Sequence record: NZ_CP018188.1
DNA length: 64,000 nt
Reading direction: 5' to 3' (one strand)
Source: a plasmid
How positions within the stretch are numbered: position 1 is the stretch's first letter; every line of letters begins with the position of its first letter. A program made the position numbers and the translations under genes. Of the stretch, positions 40,317 to 49,424 are shown one piece after another. The notes beneath the pieces were generated by a model. It did not search any database. It was not told the DNA's origin and saw nothing but the letters and a program-made list of their open reading frames with translations.

Positions 40317-41045
40317 TTGGAAATAATCAAAGATAACTTGAAGCGTTGTGATGCATTTTATAAAAGTGATTTTTACCAATTTCTAGAGAATCATCACCCA
40401 AACTATATTCCGTATCTATTTGACCACTTATGTGGGGATCCAGATGCTAGAGATGTTAGTTTATACCAAGATTTAAGTAAAAAATTTCAATTATCTGCTA
40501 GAAAAGATCATTTGATAGATTTGGTTGAAGGACGGAAGATTCGACTTGCAGCCGATATAATTTGTGGTAGAAAGCAAATTGCCGATTTTCATAACAATGA
40601 TTATGAAAAGTGGAGAAAAGATTATGAGCTTGTTCGTTCTAATTTAAACCTTCATTTTTTGTGGCCTAAACATAAGGCTCCAACGATCAATACTTATCGC
40701 TACACTAAATATTTAGATAGGATTGATTGTTTACTTTTTGATTTAAAATCTTATTTTAGAGGACAAGAGACTCCGATGATGGCTGCCTATCAAAGTGAAG
40801 AAACATACATTTGGTTAAGGCAGTTTAATAGAGATTTCAAGTACTTTATTGATAAGATGAAGTTACAGGCTTTTGTTAATGACAACTATGATGTTTTAGA
40901 TATCAGTACAGGTCAAACTGAGATTATACGGGATATCATTTCTAGAAAAGAGATATCAGAAACACTAAATCTTTACATGGAAAGTTTGTTAAAGTTAAAT
41001 AGGCAAAATGTCTTTAATAAAGAGTGTCCCCCAATCCAAGATTAA
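40317..41045 (+). CDS. hypothetical protein (242 aa)
   Basis: TTG start after AAGGAGAACAA. Confidence 0.4.
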   Translation: MEIIKDNLKRCDAFYKSDFYQFLENHHPNYIPYLFDHLCGDPDARDVSLYQDLSKKFQLSARKDHLIDLVEGRKIRLAADIICGRKQIADFHNNDYEKWRKDYELVRSNLNLHFLWPKHKAPTINTYRYTKYLDRIDCLLFDLKSYFRGQETPMMAAYQSEETYIWLRQFNRDFKYFIDKMKLQAFVNDNYDVLDISTGQTEIIRDIISRKEISETLNLYMESLLKLNRQNVFNKECPPIQD

Positions 41046-41369
41046 TTTGATAATTCAAGAGACAAAAATTTTGCAAATATTGCCGAATTAGAAGATTGAT
41101 AGTTGAGAGGTGGTACTTAAGTGAGGTTACATAAATACTTTAGGTTCTTATTATTAGTAGGAAATGTTTTGTCATGGGTGGTCATCTTGATGATAGTATC
41201 GAATAACTCCATCGAAACAAGCAAATTGTCTTTATCCGTGTGTGTGATACTTGTTACTTACTTAATTGGATTGAAAATGAAACAGTATAATGACATACTA
41301 TGATATATTAGGGACTAGGTCTATATAGCAAAATAGCCAGGATAATTTCTTAGAGAAAGGAGTAGGAGA

Positions 41370-42662
41370 GTGTATACTTTAGAGATCCCTTTGAATACCA
41401 AAGGTTATGATGATTTTCTAGCCAAACGTTTTAAATATGGCTACAAGTTAAAACGAGCCGTAACAAATTGGATCAACTGTCAAGAACATCGTCGTGTTAG
41501 TTCAGAGGAATATAAGTCTTTGTCTATACGTACTAAACAGCTAGCAGAGTTAAAGGAAGCCATATCTAAAGAGAAAGACAAGACAAAAAAACTCTCTATG
41601 AAGGAAACTCATAAGGAGCTTTCAGCGACACTTAAAGCTGATTGGATAGCCTTAAATGATAGATTTGGCCTTAATAGTGGTAAATTCATCCGATATAAAG
41701 AATTAGGCCAAGCAACTGCCATGTATAAAAGGTATGCAGAAGAAGGAATAATCCACTGGTCTACTATGGAAATTATTGCTCAGACAGTTAAAGGAGCATA
41801 TCTTCAGCGTCGTAAACAAGGAGAAAGTAGCAACCATGTATCAATTGGTCGCTTAACGAATTTTACGACTTTATGGTACCGTAAATGCAATAACAACGTG
41901 ACTGATGAAGGGGTATTCTTTGAGACTGGGAAAGGCAGAAACGACAAGCTGTTTATCCCTTTTGCTTTTCGCCGAGAACAAGAGATTAAGGTTGCCTATG
42001 CACTAGAATTCCCAAAATTAGCGTTATATGCTATTAAGCGAACTCTTGTTAAGGGAAATATTTGGAAATACAGTATTTTATTAGTTTTTGATGGTGTTCC
42101 TTATGGATTGGACCATGAGCTACCAAATAAAGGAAACGTGGAAATTAAGTTATCTGTTGAGCAGATGGCGATTACAGCTGCGCGTGATAATGAGACTATT
42201 GTTTATGATCTCTCCAATGATTTTGGGTATAGTAAACGGTTGGCGGACTTGGATAGAGCTATAGAAAGTAAGCGTCAAGCCTTAAACCCAGACAACTACG
42301 ATGAAAATGGTGTTCCGAAAAAAGGGAAGAGAGCATGGGTGCAGGACTCAGCCTATAAGAAACTTCTAGACCAAAAACGTTATATCTGGCATAAGGTAAA
42401 ACAAGCACGAAAGAACCGTTTTGGACGGATTGCTAATCAGATCTTGATGTTGGGTGATACCTTTACTCTTTATCAAGAGGACTTCAAATCCTTGCAATCC
42501 CGTAAGGATTATAACCCAGAAGAGATGTCTTGGTTTGACCATCGAAAACAAAAAGGCTTTGAAATTATGTTTAATGCTCCATATGAATTTGTGGCTATTT
42601 TAGAGAATAAACTCTCTTTCAAAGACCTAAAACTGAACAAGATTAAACATAAGAAAAAGTGA
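41370..42662 (+). CDS. TnpB/Cas12-family-like protein lacking C-terminal zinc-finger and RuvC-III (430 aa; probably nuclease-inactive, TldR-like architecture)
   Basis: GTG start after AAAGGAGTAGGAGA. The N-terminus (LEIPLNTKGYDDFLAKRFKYGYKLKRAVTNW) follows the TnpB pattern F+LYP...Q...L......R.VYN. The sequence IVYDLSNDFGY (D280) sits in RuvC-I position. KKLLDQKRYIWHKVKQARKNRFGRIANQILMLGDTFTLYQEDFKSL (E370) parallels TnpB K.L.+.+.KIAN.R+DFLHK....LV......IVVEDLNVK.M. The protein ends about 60 aa after E370 with no CxxC pairs and no D-x-NAA-NI motif. Confidence 0.45.
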   Translation: MYTLEIPLNTKGYDDFLAKRFKYGYKLKRAVTNWINCQEHRRVSSEEYKSLSIRTKQLAELKEAISKEKDKTKKLSMKETHKELSATLKADWIALNDRFGLNSGKFIRYKELGQATAMYKRYAEEGIIHWSTMEIIAQTVKGAYLQRRKQGESSNHVSIGRLTNFTTLWYRKCNNNVTDEGVFFETGKGRNDKLFIPFAFRREQEIKVAYALEFPKLALYAIKRTLVKGNIWKYSILLVFDGVPYGLDHELPNKGNVEIKLSVEQMAITAARDNETIVYDLSNDFGYSKRLADLDRAIESKRQALNPDNYDENGVPKKGKRAWVQDSAYKKLLDQKRYIWHKVKQARKNRFGRIANQILMLGDTFTLYQEDFKSLQSRKDYNPEEMSWFDHRKQKGFEIMFNAPYEFVAILENKLSFKDLKLNKIKHKKK

Positions 42663-42685
42663 TATCGGGTTCATTGCTTGATTTC

Positions 42686-42713
42686 TTGCCTCAAATGATA
42701 AATATGTTATAAT
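42686..42713 (+). promoter_or_regulatory. sigma70-type promoter (TTGCCT-16-TATAAT) driving leader + mini-array transcript
   Basis: Located between the stop of the 430-aa ORF and the repeats. A ~110-nt leader with two AAGGTT/AACCTT hairpins follows. Confidence 0.4.
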
Positions 42714-42824
42714 GACTAAAAGGTTTATTTAGGAACCTTCAAGGTAATTATGAATAACCTTGTAAATACCAGATAGCCTAACCGGAAGCTAAGGCAAGAA
42801 GGTCGGGAGCTGGTCCATGTTGAG

Positions 42825-42926
42825 GTTTTGTTACTGTTCTATTTGACATGGTACTAAAACTTAGAGGAAGGTTAACCTTTAAAGTACATGGTTTTGTTAC
42901 TGTTCTATTTGATATGGGACTAAAGC
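42825..42926 (+). CRISPR. minimal CRISPR-like array: repeat (36 bp) - spacer (30 bp) - degenerate repeat (36 bp)
   Basis: R1 42825-42860 GTTTTGTTACTGTTCTATTTGACATGGTACTAAAAC. Spacer 42861-42890 TTAGAGGAAGGTTAACCTTTAAAGTACATG. R2 42891-42926 GTTTTGTTACTGTTCTATTTGATATGGGACTAAAGC (4 mismatches at the 3' end, as in terminal repeats). The 36/30 geometry and GTTTT...AAAAC ends match type II/V-style repeats. No cas1/cas2/cas9 in the window. Confidence 0.5.
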
Positions 42927-42943
42927 ATAAAATGTATATCATG

Positions 42944-42968
42944 CACCTTTTAGGTGTTTTTTTTGTTT
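42944..42968 (+). terminator. rho-independent terminator after mini-array
   Basis: CACCTTTTAGGTG plus T12. Confidence 0.45.
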
Positions 42969-43009
42969 TACTGTAAGTCACCTTTAATCTAAAGTTGCTA
43001 TTTTTTCAT

Positions 43010-43566
43010 GCGTTTGCTATACTAAAGACATAAATTGTTTAATTTATATCTAATTCACCACCTCTAACGGTGAACCTTTGGTCACGTGACTAAAGAAAAG
43101 AGAAGCATGGAGGAGGAGATGTCATTACTGGTTCTGTCCCAGCAATCGGCATACCATGTTTTATAAGGGGTTAAAAGGGAGCGTACTCGCTTTTAGCTAT
43201 CAGTTAAGCCATCAGATAGAAGAAGAGGCTTAACGCTTATAACAGGTACGAGATATTTGCCTTTACTTACTTTGAAAGGCTACAACAAACGTTATTAGCA
43301 ACTAAGCATAACGAGAAGTTTATCCTATGGTTTGCCATAGGCACGCGCAATCTTGTTTTTTGAGACAAGGCTTGCCGGCTTCTTTGTTATGCTTTTTTTG
43401 TTTTGAGTTTGGGTAGTTGGACAAAAAGAAAGGCGACATCTCGATGATTAGAGGTGAGGAACAGGTGTTCCCAAATCTAAATGGTCGTCATGCGGAGGAA
43501 AGTCTATGAGCAGGTGTTCGAGGCTTTCCAAGGTCACTTTACAACAACAATTTTTAAAGGAGAAAG
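43010..43566 (+). repeat. ~555-bp highly structured element, copy R (inverted copy of 11992-12548), directly 5' of the ssb-containing operon
   Basis: See copy L. It ends in the ribosome-binding site AAAGGAGAAAGACAATG of the first gene. Confidence 0.6.
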
Positions 43567-43569
43567 ACA

Positions 43570-43890
43570 ATGAGAAATTCTTTCAAAACAAGCTCTACTT
43601 ATAGAGCAGCAAGAAAACAACAAATGACAGCATCAAAAAATACTTTTTTTGATGCTGACGGCATGGTGATTTCTGCTTCAGATTGGGCTACTTTAGTTCT
43701 ATCTGGGGAGGTAGATCCTAAGACTTCTTGGTCTAATGATAATGTTAAAGGGAAACTTGAGAGAGTTTCCCCACGTAGCCATTGGACTAAGAAAGGCTTC
43801 AGAGAGTACCTTGGTAAATCAAGGTATGTCTCTAAACAAGATACTCAAGCAGAAGTTCTCGAGATGATGGATCTCGAGTTAGTTTTTTAA
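43570..43890 (+). CDS. small hypothetical protein, paralogue A (106 aa)
   Basis: About 60% identical to the next gene ([13 protein letters not shown](D/E)GM(V/M)(I/V)SAS(D/E)[10 protein letters not shown](D/N)PK.SWSND.VKG...SPRSH(W/F)TKKG). Confidence 0.5.
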   Translation: MRNSFKTSSTYRAARKQQMTASKNTFFDADGMVISASDWATLVLSGEVDPKTSWSNDNVKGKLERVSPRSHWTKKGFREYLGKSRYVSKQDTQAEVLEMMDLELVF

Positions 43891-43902
43891 AGGAGAAAGA
43901 CA

Positions 43903-44271
43903 ATGAGAAAATCAATGACGAAAAAAATGAGAATGGTTGATACCTATTCTCCAAAACACTTCAGAACAAGCTCTACTTACAGAGCAGCACGAAAAAAACA
44001 GAAAACGGCAACAAGAAAGTCGTTCTTTGATGCAGAGGGCATGATGGTCTCTGCTTCAGAATGGGCTACTTTAGTTCTTTCTGGGGAGGTAAATCCTAAA
44101 AATTCATGGTCTAATGATCATGTTAAGGGGTATATCGATTATTTATCCCCACGTAGCCATTTCACCAAGAAAGGTTACAAAGAATTTTGTGGAAAAAGCC
44201 ATAAGTTTTCTGATGGATTAGATGAAGGGGAAATCGTATTCCTCGACATTGAAGTCGTAGCAGAGGATTAA
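43903..44271 (+). CDS. small hypothetical protein, paralogue B (122 aa)
   Basis: Tandem duplicate of 43570..43890 with an identical ribosome-binding site. Confidence 0.5.
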   Translation: MRKSMTKKMRMVDTYSPKHFRTSSTYRAARKKQKTATRKSFFDAEGMMVSASEWATLVLSGEVNPKNSWSNDHVKGYIDYLSPRSHFTKKGYKEFCGKSHKFSDGLDEGEIVFLDIEVVAED

Positions 44272-44285
44272 GAAAGGAGAAAGCA

Positions 44286-44714
44286 ATGATTAATAAAGTA
44301 ATTCTAACAGGACGTCTTGTAGACGCTCCAGAACTACGCTACACACCTTCTAACAAGGCGGTGGCGACGGCTCGAATCGCATGTCCCCGAGATTATAAAA
44401 ATCAAAACGGGGAGCGAGAGACAGACTTTATTTCTCTCGTAATCTGGGACAAAAAAGCAGAGAATTTCTCAAACTGGATCAAGAAAGGATATCTTGTGAC
44501 AGTTGAGGGACGTTTGCAAACTCGTTCTTATGAAAACCAACAAGGTCAGCGTGTATATGTGACCGAGGTTAATGTGTCAAATTTTGACAACTTACAGCCT
44601 CGTGATCATAGTAACACTTCTTCGCAAAGTCCAGATTTTGGACCTGCAGAAGGGGGCTTTCCTGGTGGCGGAGAACCGTTAGATGCTTCTATATTTGAAA
44701 ATATTCCTTTCTAG
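44286..44714 (+). CDS. ssb: single-stranded DNA-binding protein
   Basis: OB-fold SSB N-terminus ([32 protein letters not shown]...). Gly/Pro-rich tail ending in the acidic tip [10 protein letters not shown]. Confidence 0.85.
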   Translation: MINKVILTGRLVDAPELRYTPSNKAVATARIACPRDYKNQNGERETDFISLVIWDKKAENFSNWIKKGYLVTVEGRLQTRSYENQQGQRVYVTEVNVSNFDNLQPRDHSNTSSQSPDFGPAEGGFPGGGEPLDASIFENIPF

Positions 44715-44787
44715 ATAGCAAGGTCTTTAGAAGAAAATAGAGAGAGTTCAGTCATACTGAGCTCTTTTTGTTTATGAAAGGAGAAAA

Positions 44788-45636
44788 ATGATAGAAGAAG
44801 TAGCAATTCTACCTCCATTGACAGAGGATAATTACTACCAAGATAGGCATTACATGTCTACTTCTCGTTTTAAGGAGTACATCAAATGTCCCTTAAGGCA
44901 GGAAGTTGTTGACTTGGGCTTTTTGCCTGAGAAAACAGAGACAGAAAGCCTACTTGTTGGTAATTATGTTCATTCTTATTTTGAGAATAAAGAAGCTCAT
45001 GAAGCTTTCTTGGAAATGAATCAAGATAAGATCATAAGTCAACGAGGAAAAACCGCTGGCCAAGTAAAAGCCCCTTTCAAACAAGCAGATAAGATGATTG
45101 CTGCTTTAGAAAAAGAGGAGCTATTTAATCGTTTGTATCATGGTACAGATGATGAAATGGTGGAGAAAGAACGGATTATCACTGGTACGTTAGAAGGGAT
45201 TCCCTTCAAGTGCAAAATTGATAGTCTGAATCTTTCAGGCGGTTATTTCATAGACCTGAAAACGATGGAGAGTCTTCAGTCAGAAAAATATTCGACGACA
45301 CTTCATCGTTATACGAAGTCTCTTCTCTATAACATTGTAGAATATCAGTATACGCTACAAATGTACGTATATCAGGAGTTGCTGAAGCAAACCTACGGTT
45401 ATGAGTTTACACCTTATATTATGGCAGTTTCAAAAGAACCTGTTCCAGATAAGGAGTTAATTATGATTGATGATACTATCATTGAAATGGGGAGAGACAT
45501 CTTCTATGGGCATCTTGAAGTACTTAAAGATGCTTTAGCACATAAGTCTGTCGAAGGATGCGGTCACTGTGATTACTGTTTAACGAATAAGTCGTTGGTT
45601 ACAGCAAAAACAGTGGCAGAATTTTTACAACAATAA
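44788..45636 (+). CDS. PD-(D/E)xK-superfamily nuclease with C-terminal Cys cluster (Cas4/RecB-like exonuclease)
   Basis: IDLKTMESL (D-x-K). C-terminal GCGHCDYCLTNK Fe-S/Zn-type cysteines. Confidence 0.5.
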   Translation: MIEEVAILPPLTEDNYYQDRHYMSTSRFKEYIKCPLRQEVVDLGFLPEKTETESLLVGNYVHSYFENKEAHEAFLEMNQDKIISQRGKTAGQVKAPFKQADKMIAALEKEELFNRLYHGTDDEMVEKERIITGTLEGIPFKCKIDSLNLSGGYFIDLKTMESLQSEKYSTTLHRYTKSLLYNIVEYQYTLQMYVYQELLKQTYGYEFTPYIMAVSKEPVPDKELIMIDDTIIEMGRDIFYGHLEVLKDALAHKSVEGCGHCDYCLTNKSLVTAKTVAEFLQQ

Positions 45637-45690
45637 TAAATAGGAAATAAAGTGGTCTCTTGATCACTTTTTATAATTAAGGAGAAAACA

Positions 45691-46698
45691 ATGACTGTAA
45701 ATACTGAAACTATGGTAAATGAAATCATCGAGGCAAAGGTGGCTCTAGCTAAGGCTGAAATGCAACTAGAATGGCAAAAGGCTGATCAAGCTAAAAAAGA
45801 CCATTCTAAACAGGAGCCAGAGGTTATGGCTCCGCTGTTTGAAGCTTGGGCCAAGGCTCAAGCTGAGTTTGAGTCGGTAACTGCGACAAGTAGAGTCACG
45901 TTTAAGAACGTTGACTTTAAGTTCGCACCTCTATCAGAGATTTTAGGGGCTGTACGTCCAGCACTCAATAAGCATGGTCTAACTTTGACGCAGCAAACCA
46001 AACATATCCCGTTTGGTAATGCCAATGGACTCAAAGTTGTGACGACACTACTTCACGAAAGTGGTGCCTCTTACGCTATTGAGTCTGTTCCTGTGTTCTA
46101 CAATGTCAATGACATTAAGAACCTGGGAGCTCAGGTGACTTACCTGCGTCGATACGAGGTCAAAACGCTTCTTGGTATTGAGGCTGATAGCGAAGAACTA
46201 GATATGGACAATGTGCCAAATCATTCGCAATCAACACAAGAGACTGGTAATTATGGTAGTAATCATACTTATCAGTCAAATGCCCAGGCGAGAACACCTC
46301 GCAAACCAACGGGTGCTCGTTATGGGAAGTCAGCCAAGTCTGCGTCAGTTGCGTTTTCTTTGAGTAGCAGTGAACAGACATCACTAAGTGAGGTGACATC
46401 AGCTGCTAACAAAGTTGCAAGCGAGAGTGTATCACAGGCAACTAGTGAAGCTGAAGTAGCTACTCAAACGAGTGAAACAGCTACTCTAGAGCCAAAAGGG
46501 ACAAAGGCAAATGTTTGTAACGATGATCAACTGATTCAAATGGTTGCTCGTGGTGAAGAAGCGGCCATGTCTCTTGGAGCCACAGAAAGCCAGCTGCTTG
46601 AGTGGTCGGAACTAGGCGAAAGTAAAGGGTTGACTGTTCAACTCAAAGCTTTATCTGATTTTGTTGCCAAACAACGTCAACAAGCACAACAACAATAG
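45691..46698 (+). CDS. ERF-family single-strand annealing protein (recombinase)
   Basis: LFEAWAKAQAEFESV...FKFAPLSEILGAVRPALNKHGLTLTQQ matches the ERF N-terminal core. Low-complexity S/T/Q-rich C-terminus. Confidence 0.5.
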   Translation: MTVNTETMVNEIIEAKVALAKAEMQLEWQKADQAKKDHSKQEPEVMAPLFEAWAKAQAEFESVTATSRVTFKNVDFKFAPLSEILGAVRPALNKHGLTLTQQTKHIPFGNANGLKVVTTLLHESGASYAIESVPVFYNVNDIKNLGAQVTYLRRYEVKTLLGIEADSEELDMDNVPNHSQSTQETGNYGSNHTYQSNAQARTPRKPTGARYGKSAKSASVAFSLSSSEQTSLSEVTSAANKVASESVSQATSEAEVATQTSETATLEPKGTKANVCNDDQLIQMVARGEEAAMSLGATESQLLEWSELGESKGLTVQLKALSDFVAKQRQQAQQQ

Positions 46699-47236
46699 GT
46701 GTAGAACAAAAAGTGGTCAGGATTTATTACGGCAACAAAATAAGAGAAATGTTCATTAGTGCCATTATCTGATTGGCATTAAGTGAACATTATCCAGAGG
46801 GTGGAACTATCCCTGGGTGAGAAAGAGTATGATATAATAGGATGAGAATTATACAACATGATCTTATAAGAATGAAGGTAGGAATGGATATGCAAAACAT
46901 TAACGATCTTTTTGAAGCATATATCGCAGAAGAGGACTCTATTAAGAAGGAGTCTTTGCTAAATATGTACAACCATGCTTTGCAACAGAAGCAAAAAGAG
47001 GTGATTAGTCGTGACTACTTTGTCAGATAGACAATCACGAGTCTTTTAGATCTTTTCCATTCAAACCGAACTTATGTCGAACAACAAGTTTGGTACACTT
47101 TCTCTAAACAGACACATCCAGAATTGTTATTTATTGGGTTTGTGGCCATTCTAGACTATTTTTTCCTATGTAACTTGCTTCGCAACAAATTGGTTTTTAA
47201 CCTGTAGTTGCCGTAGTATTTCTAATTCTCATTCTT

Positions 47237-47641
47237 TTGATAGAAGGGATTCAACACCTTTTTGTAGTTGGACAAAGGAAGGAGACGTCTATTATTAATA
47301 TACTGTGTTTTTTAGAGGGTGCCCATAAGCCAAAAAAACATAGGCAATGTATGGCTAAAGTGTGTACTTATCTAAAGAACGACGGGCATAAGGTTCGAGT
47401 AGGGTATGTTTCACTAGCAGGTCTTGAAGCTTTGGATAACAGAGGAGTCAATACAATGAGTGAAGCTGTCCCCGGAAAAAGAGTCTGGTTAATCGTTTAT
47501 GATGAAGATCGTCCCTGTAAATCCTATACGAATGAAGATATTCATTACTACAAGGAATTTGTGGATTTGTTTTCGTCACGTCTGAAACGGAGACTTTACT
47601 ACGAAGCCATGCTTAACGAACTGACAGTCCTCAAAACATGA
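47237..47641 (+). CDS. hypothetical protein
   Basis: ORF only. The start is uncertain. Confidence 0.3.
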   Translation: MIEGIQHLFVVGQRKETSIINILCFLEGAHKPKKHRQCMAKVCTYLKNDGHKVRVGYVSLAGLEALDNRGVNTMSEAVPGKRVWLIVYDEDRPCKSYTNEDIHYYKEFVDLFSSRLKRRLYYEAMLNELTVLKT

Positions 47642-47645
47642 ACAG

Positions 47646-47672
47646 AAAAATGGTCCTAGGGGCCATTTTTTT
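47646..47672 (+). terminator. hairpin terminator (AAAAATGGTCCTAGGGGCCATTTTTTT)
   Basis: Member of the same CCTAGG-centred hairpin family as 6991 and 37910. Confidence 0.45.
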
Positions 47673-47694
47673 ATTTTATAAAGGAGAAAAAACA

Positions 47695-48003
47695 ATGACA
47701 AAAAGAGAAAAAGCCTTGTGGTTACAAGAGCACTACAAGAACTACTCCCTTAAATGGTACCTAGAGAATGATGCCAGATTAAATGCGATGTTTAGAAAAG
47801 CTTATCATCGTTATATGACTGACCTGAATGTACGCGCTTCGAAAGCGCAATTGTCTCATATTGAGGACCTGGGCAAACGTATGCGAGAGGTATACGAAGA
47901 TGTCTACGGTACTAATTTTGATAGCGATTGTCGCTTAGACCGTGCAGAAACGAATCGAAAGGTGCAAGCTATCCGCTCTATGTGGGTAGTAGCACCAGCC
48001 TAG
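47695..48003 (+). CDS. hypothetical protein (102 aa)
   Basis: Ribosome-binding site AAAGGAGAAAAAACAATG. Confidence 0.45.
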   Translation: MTKREKALWLQEHYKNYSLKWYLENDARLNAMFRKAYHRYMTDLNVRASKAQLSHIEDLGKRMREVYEDVYGTNFDSDCRLDRAETNRKVQAIRSMWVVAPA

Positions 48004-48015
48004 GAGGAGGTCGTT

Positions 48016-48192
48016 ATGGATAGAATCAGTATTCTGCTAGAAGCACTTCCTCGAAAAAGTACCATTTCGGTTTTGTATAAGGGTAGTACTGCTGTTGTAG
48101 TTGCAAGAGATGATCAAGAGCGTTTGCTTTTTAAAGTAAGCACAACAGTAACTGTCGCTATGCAACTGCAGGAAAAATGGCTTGTGGTTTAA
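48016..48192 (+). CDS. small hypothetical protein (58 aa; below ORF-track cutoff)
   Basis: Strong ribosome-binding site TAGGAGGAGGTCGTTATG. The coding-like frame gives MDRISILLEALPRKS... Confidence 0.35.
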   Translation: MDRISILLEALPRKSTISVLYKGSTAVVVARDDQERLLFKVSTTVTVAMQLQEKWLVV

Positions 48193-48211
48193 CAGGTAAA
48201 GGAGAAAAACA

Positions 48212-48868
48212 ATGACAGAAACAATTACTAGGAGACAAGTTAGACATCCAAAAGACTTTGGTGATAGAGAGCTATTCAAAAGGGCTTTCACTCACTGGAT
48301 TCCTTCAGAAAAGGTTGATGCCTTGTATTCTGAATTGCAAGGAGATTTTAAGAAGGTCTTTAAGAAGGTCTGTGAGTTAAGTATCGAGGAGTTAAAACAT
48401 TATGGATTAACTCAGAGAGATGCTATTGCCTTTCTTTCAATGCTTGAACTTTTCAAACGTTCAGAAGGTGAGGAAGAAAAGCCAACTTGTGTCACTGGGA
48501 CTGGATATTTTGCTCAAAGTATCCAAAAAGCCTATGGACATAAGAAACAAGAGCATCTTGTAGTGTGGTACTTGGATGTGCATTGTAACGTTATCGAGGA
48601 GCGAGTAGTTTTCATCGGTAGCGTTCATCGTAGTATGGCGTGTCCAAGAGAGATTTTTCACTATGCAGTGAAGAATTTAGCTCGCTACGTGCTGGTAGCT
48701 CATAACCATCCTTCTGGGAGTGTGTTTCCTTCCAGTAATGATATTAATGTTACTGAGGCCCTTGAAGATGCTGCAAAGCTCTTTGAAATGGAGGTCTTAG
48801 ACCATGTTATCGTAACGAAGGATAATTACTATTCTTTTAGAGATAACGGAAGAATGCGTTGTTTCTAG
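48212..48868 (+). CDS. RadC-like JAB/MPN-domain protein
   Basis: LVAHNHPSGSVFPSSNDINVT (H-x-H-P-S-G...S-x-x-D JAMM motif). Confidence 0.8.
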   Translation: MTETITRRQVRHPKDFGDRELFKRAFTHWIPSEKVDALYSELQGDFKKVFKKVCELSIEELKHYGLTQRDAIAFLSMLELFKRSEGEEEKPTCVTGTGYFAQSIQKAYGHKKQEHLVVWYLDVHCNVIEERVVFIGSVHRSMACPREIFHYAVKNLARYVLVAHNHPSGSVFPSSNDINVTEALEDAAKLFEMEVLDHVIVTKDNYYSFRDNGRMRCF

Positions 48869-48883
48869 GAAAGGAGAAAAAGA

Positions 48884-49372
48884 ATGGGAAATATCTCTAA
48901 TGCCTTTGGCAAGGTAACTATTTCCGCACCAACAATGTCAGATATTGAGGTGCTTGTGGCTACTCATAGGGTAATCAATGAAAAAGCTTGGATCCCAACG
49001 ACTCTAAAAGGTCATCCAAGAAAAGCAGATTGTATCACAACTGAAGAAGGACTTGTCTCAGTGACACTTCCTTTTACAGCTTGTGGGAACTGGAATATTC
49101 GAGAGAATATCGATAGCTTTTTGACTAACATCTTAAAGCAAGATACCACTCTTAGCGATATCCCAATGTCTGCCACATTTGATTATGTAGATGCAGAGTC
49201 TGGCGTGAACTTTATTTATAAAGCAACCGTTATGACTCGCAATGTCCCAGGTAAAGGGGTAACCACTGAACTCTTAACAGATGAAGACCTTGGGGATTAC
49301 TCAGAGTCTTATCTAAAAGAGCTAGAGGAAGCCTATGATCAAGAGCTTGCTTTAGGCCGACTGTCTATCTAA
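48884..49372 (+). CDS. hypothetical protein (162 aa)
   Basis: Ribosome-binding site AAAGGAGAAAAAGAATG. Confidence 0.45.
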   Translation: MGNISNAFGKVTISAPTMSDIEVLVATHRVINEKAWIPTTLKGHPRKADCITTEEGLVSVTLPFTACGNWNIRENIDSFLTNILKQDTTLSDIPMSATFDYVDAESGVNFIYKATVMTRNVPGKGVTTELLTDEDLGDYSESYLKELEEAYDQELALGRLSI

Positions 49373-49424
49373 AAATGGTGTTATAATAGACATAAAGAAA
49401 AACATGTTGGCGAGGAAACAGAGC

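Noticed and set aside
41370-42662. Alternative readings of the 430-aa protein as a rolling-circle Rep/Mob relaxase, DDE transposase or tyrosine recombinase
   Set aside because: No HUH or YxxK motifs, no DDE spacing, and no R..HxxR..Y set are present. The TnpB-like N-terminal and RuvC-I/II-like layout fits better. It remains unverified without profile searches.
42778-42981. 67-aa minus-strand ORF overlapping the CRISPR-like repeats
   Set aside because: The repeated peptide segments (ISNRTVTKP / MSNRTVTKP) simply mirror the two DNA repeats. This is a typical artefact over CRISPR arrays.
43440-43540. GGAGGAAAGTC motif in the structured element resembling the RNase P RNA P4 consensus
   Set aside because: It lies at the 3' end of the element, whereas it is 5'-proximal in RNase P RNA. 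The rest of the RNase P core (the second P4 strand, P10-12) is not recognisable, and the element is duplicated on a mobile element. Probably coincidental.
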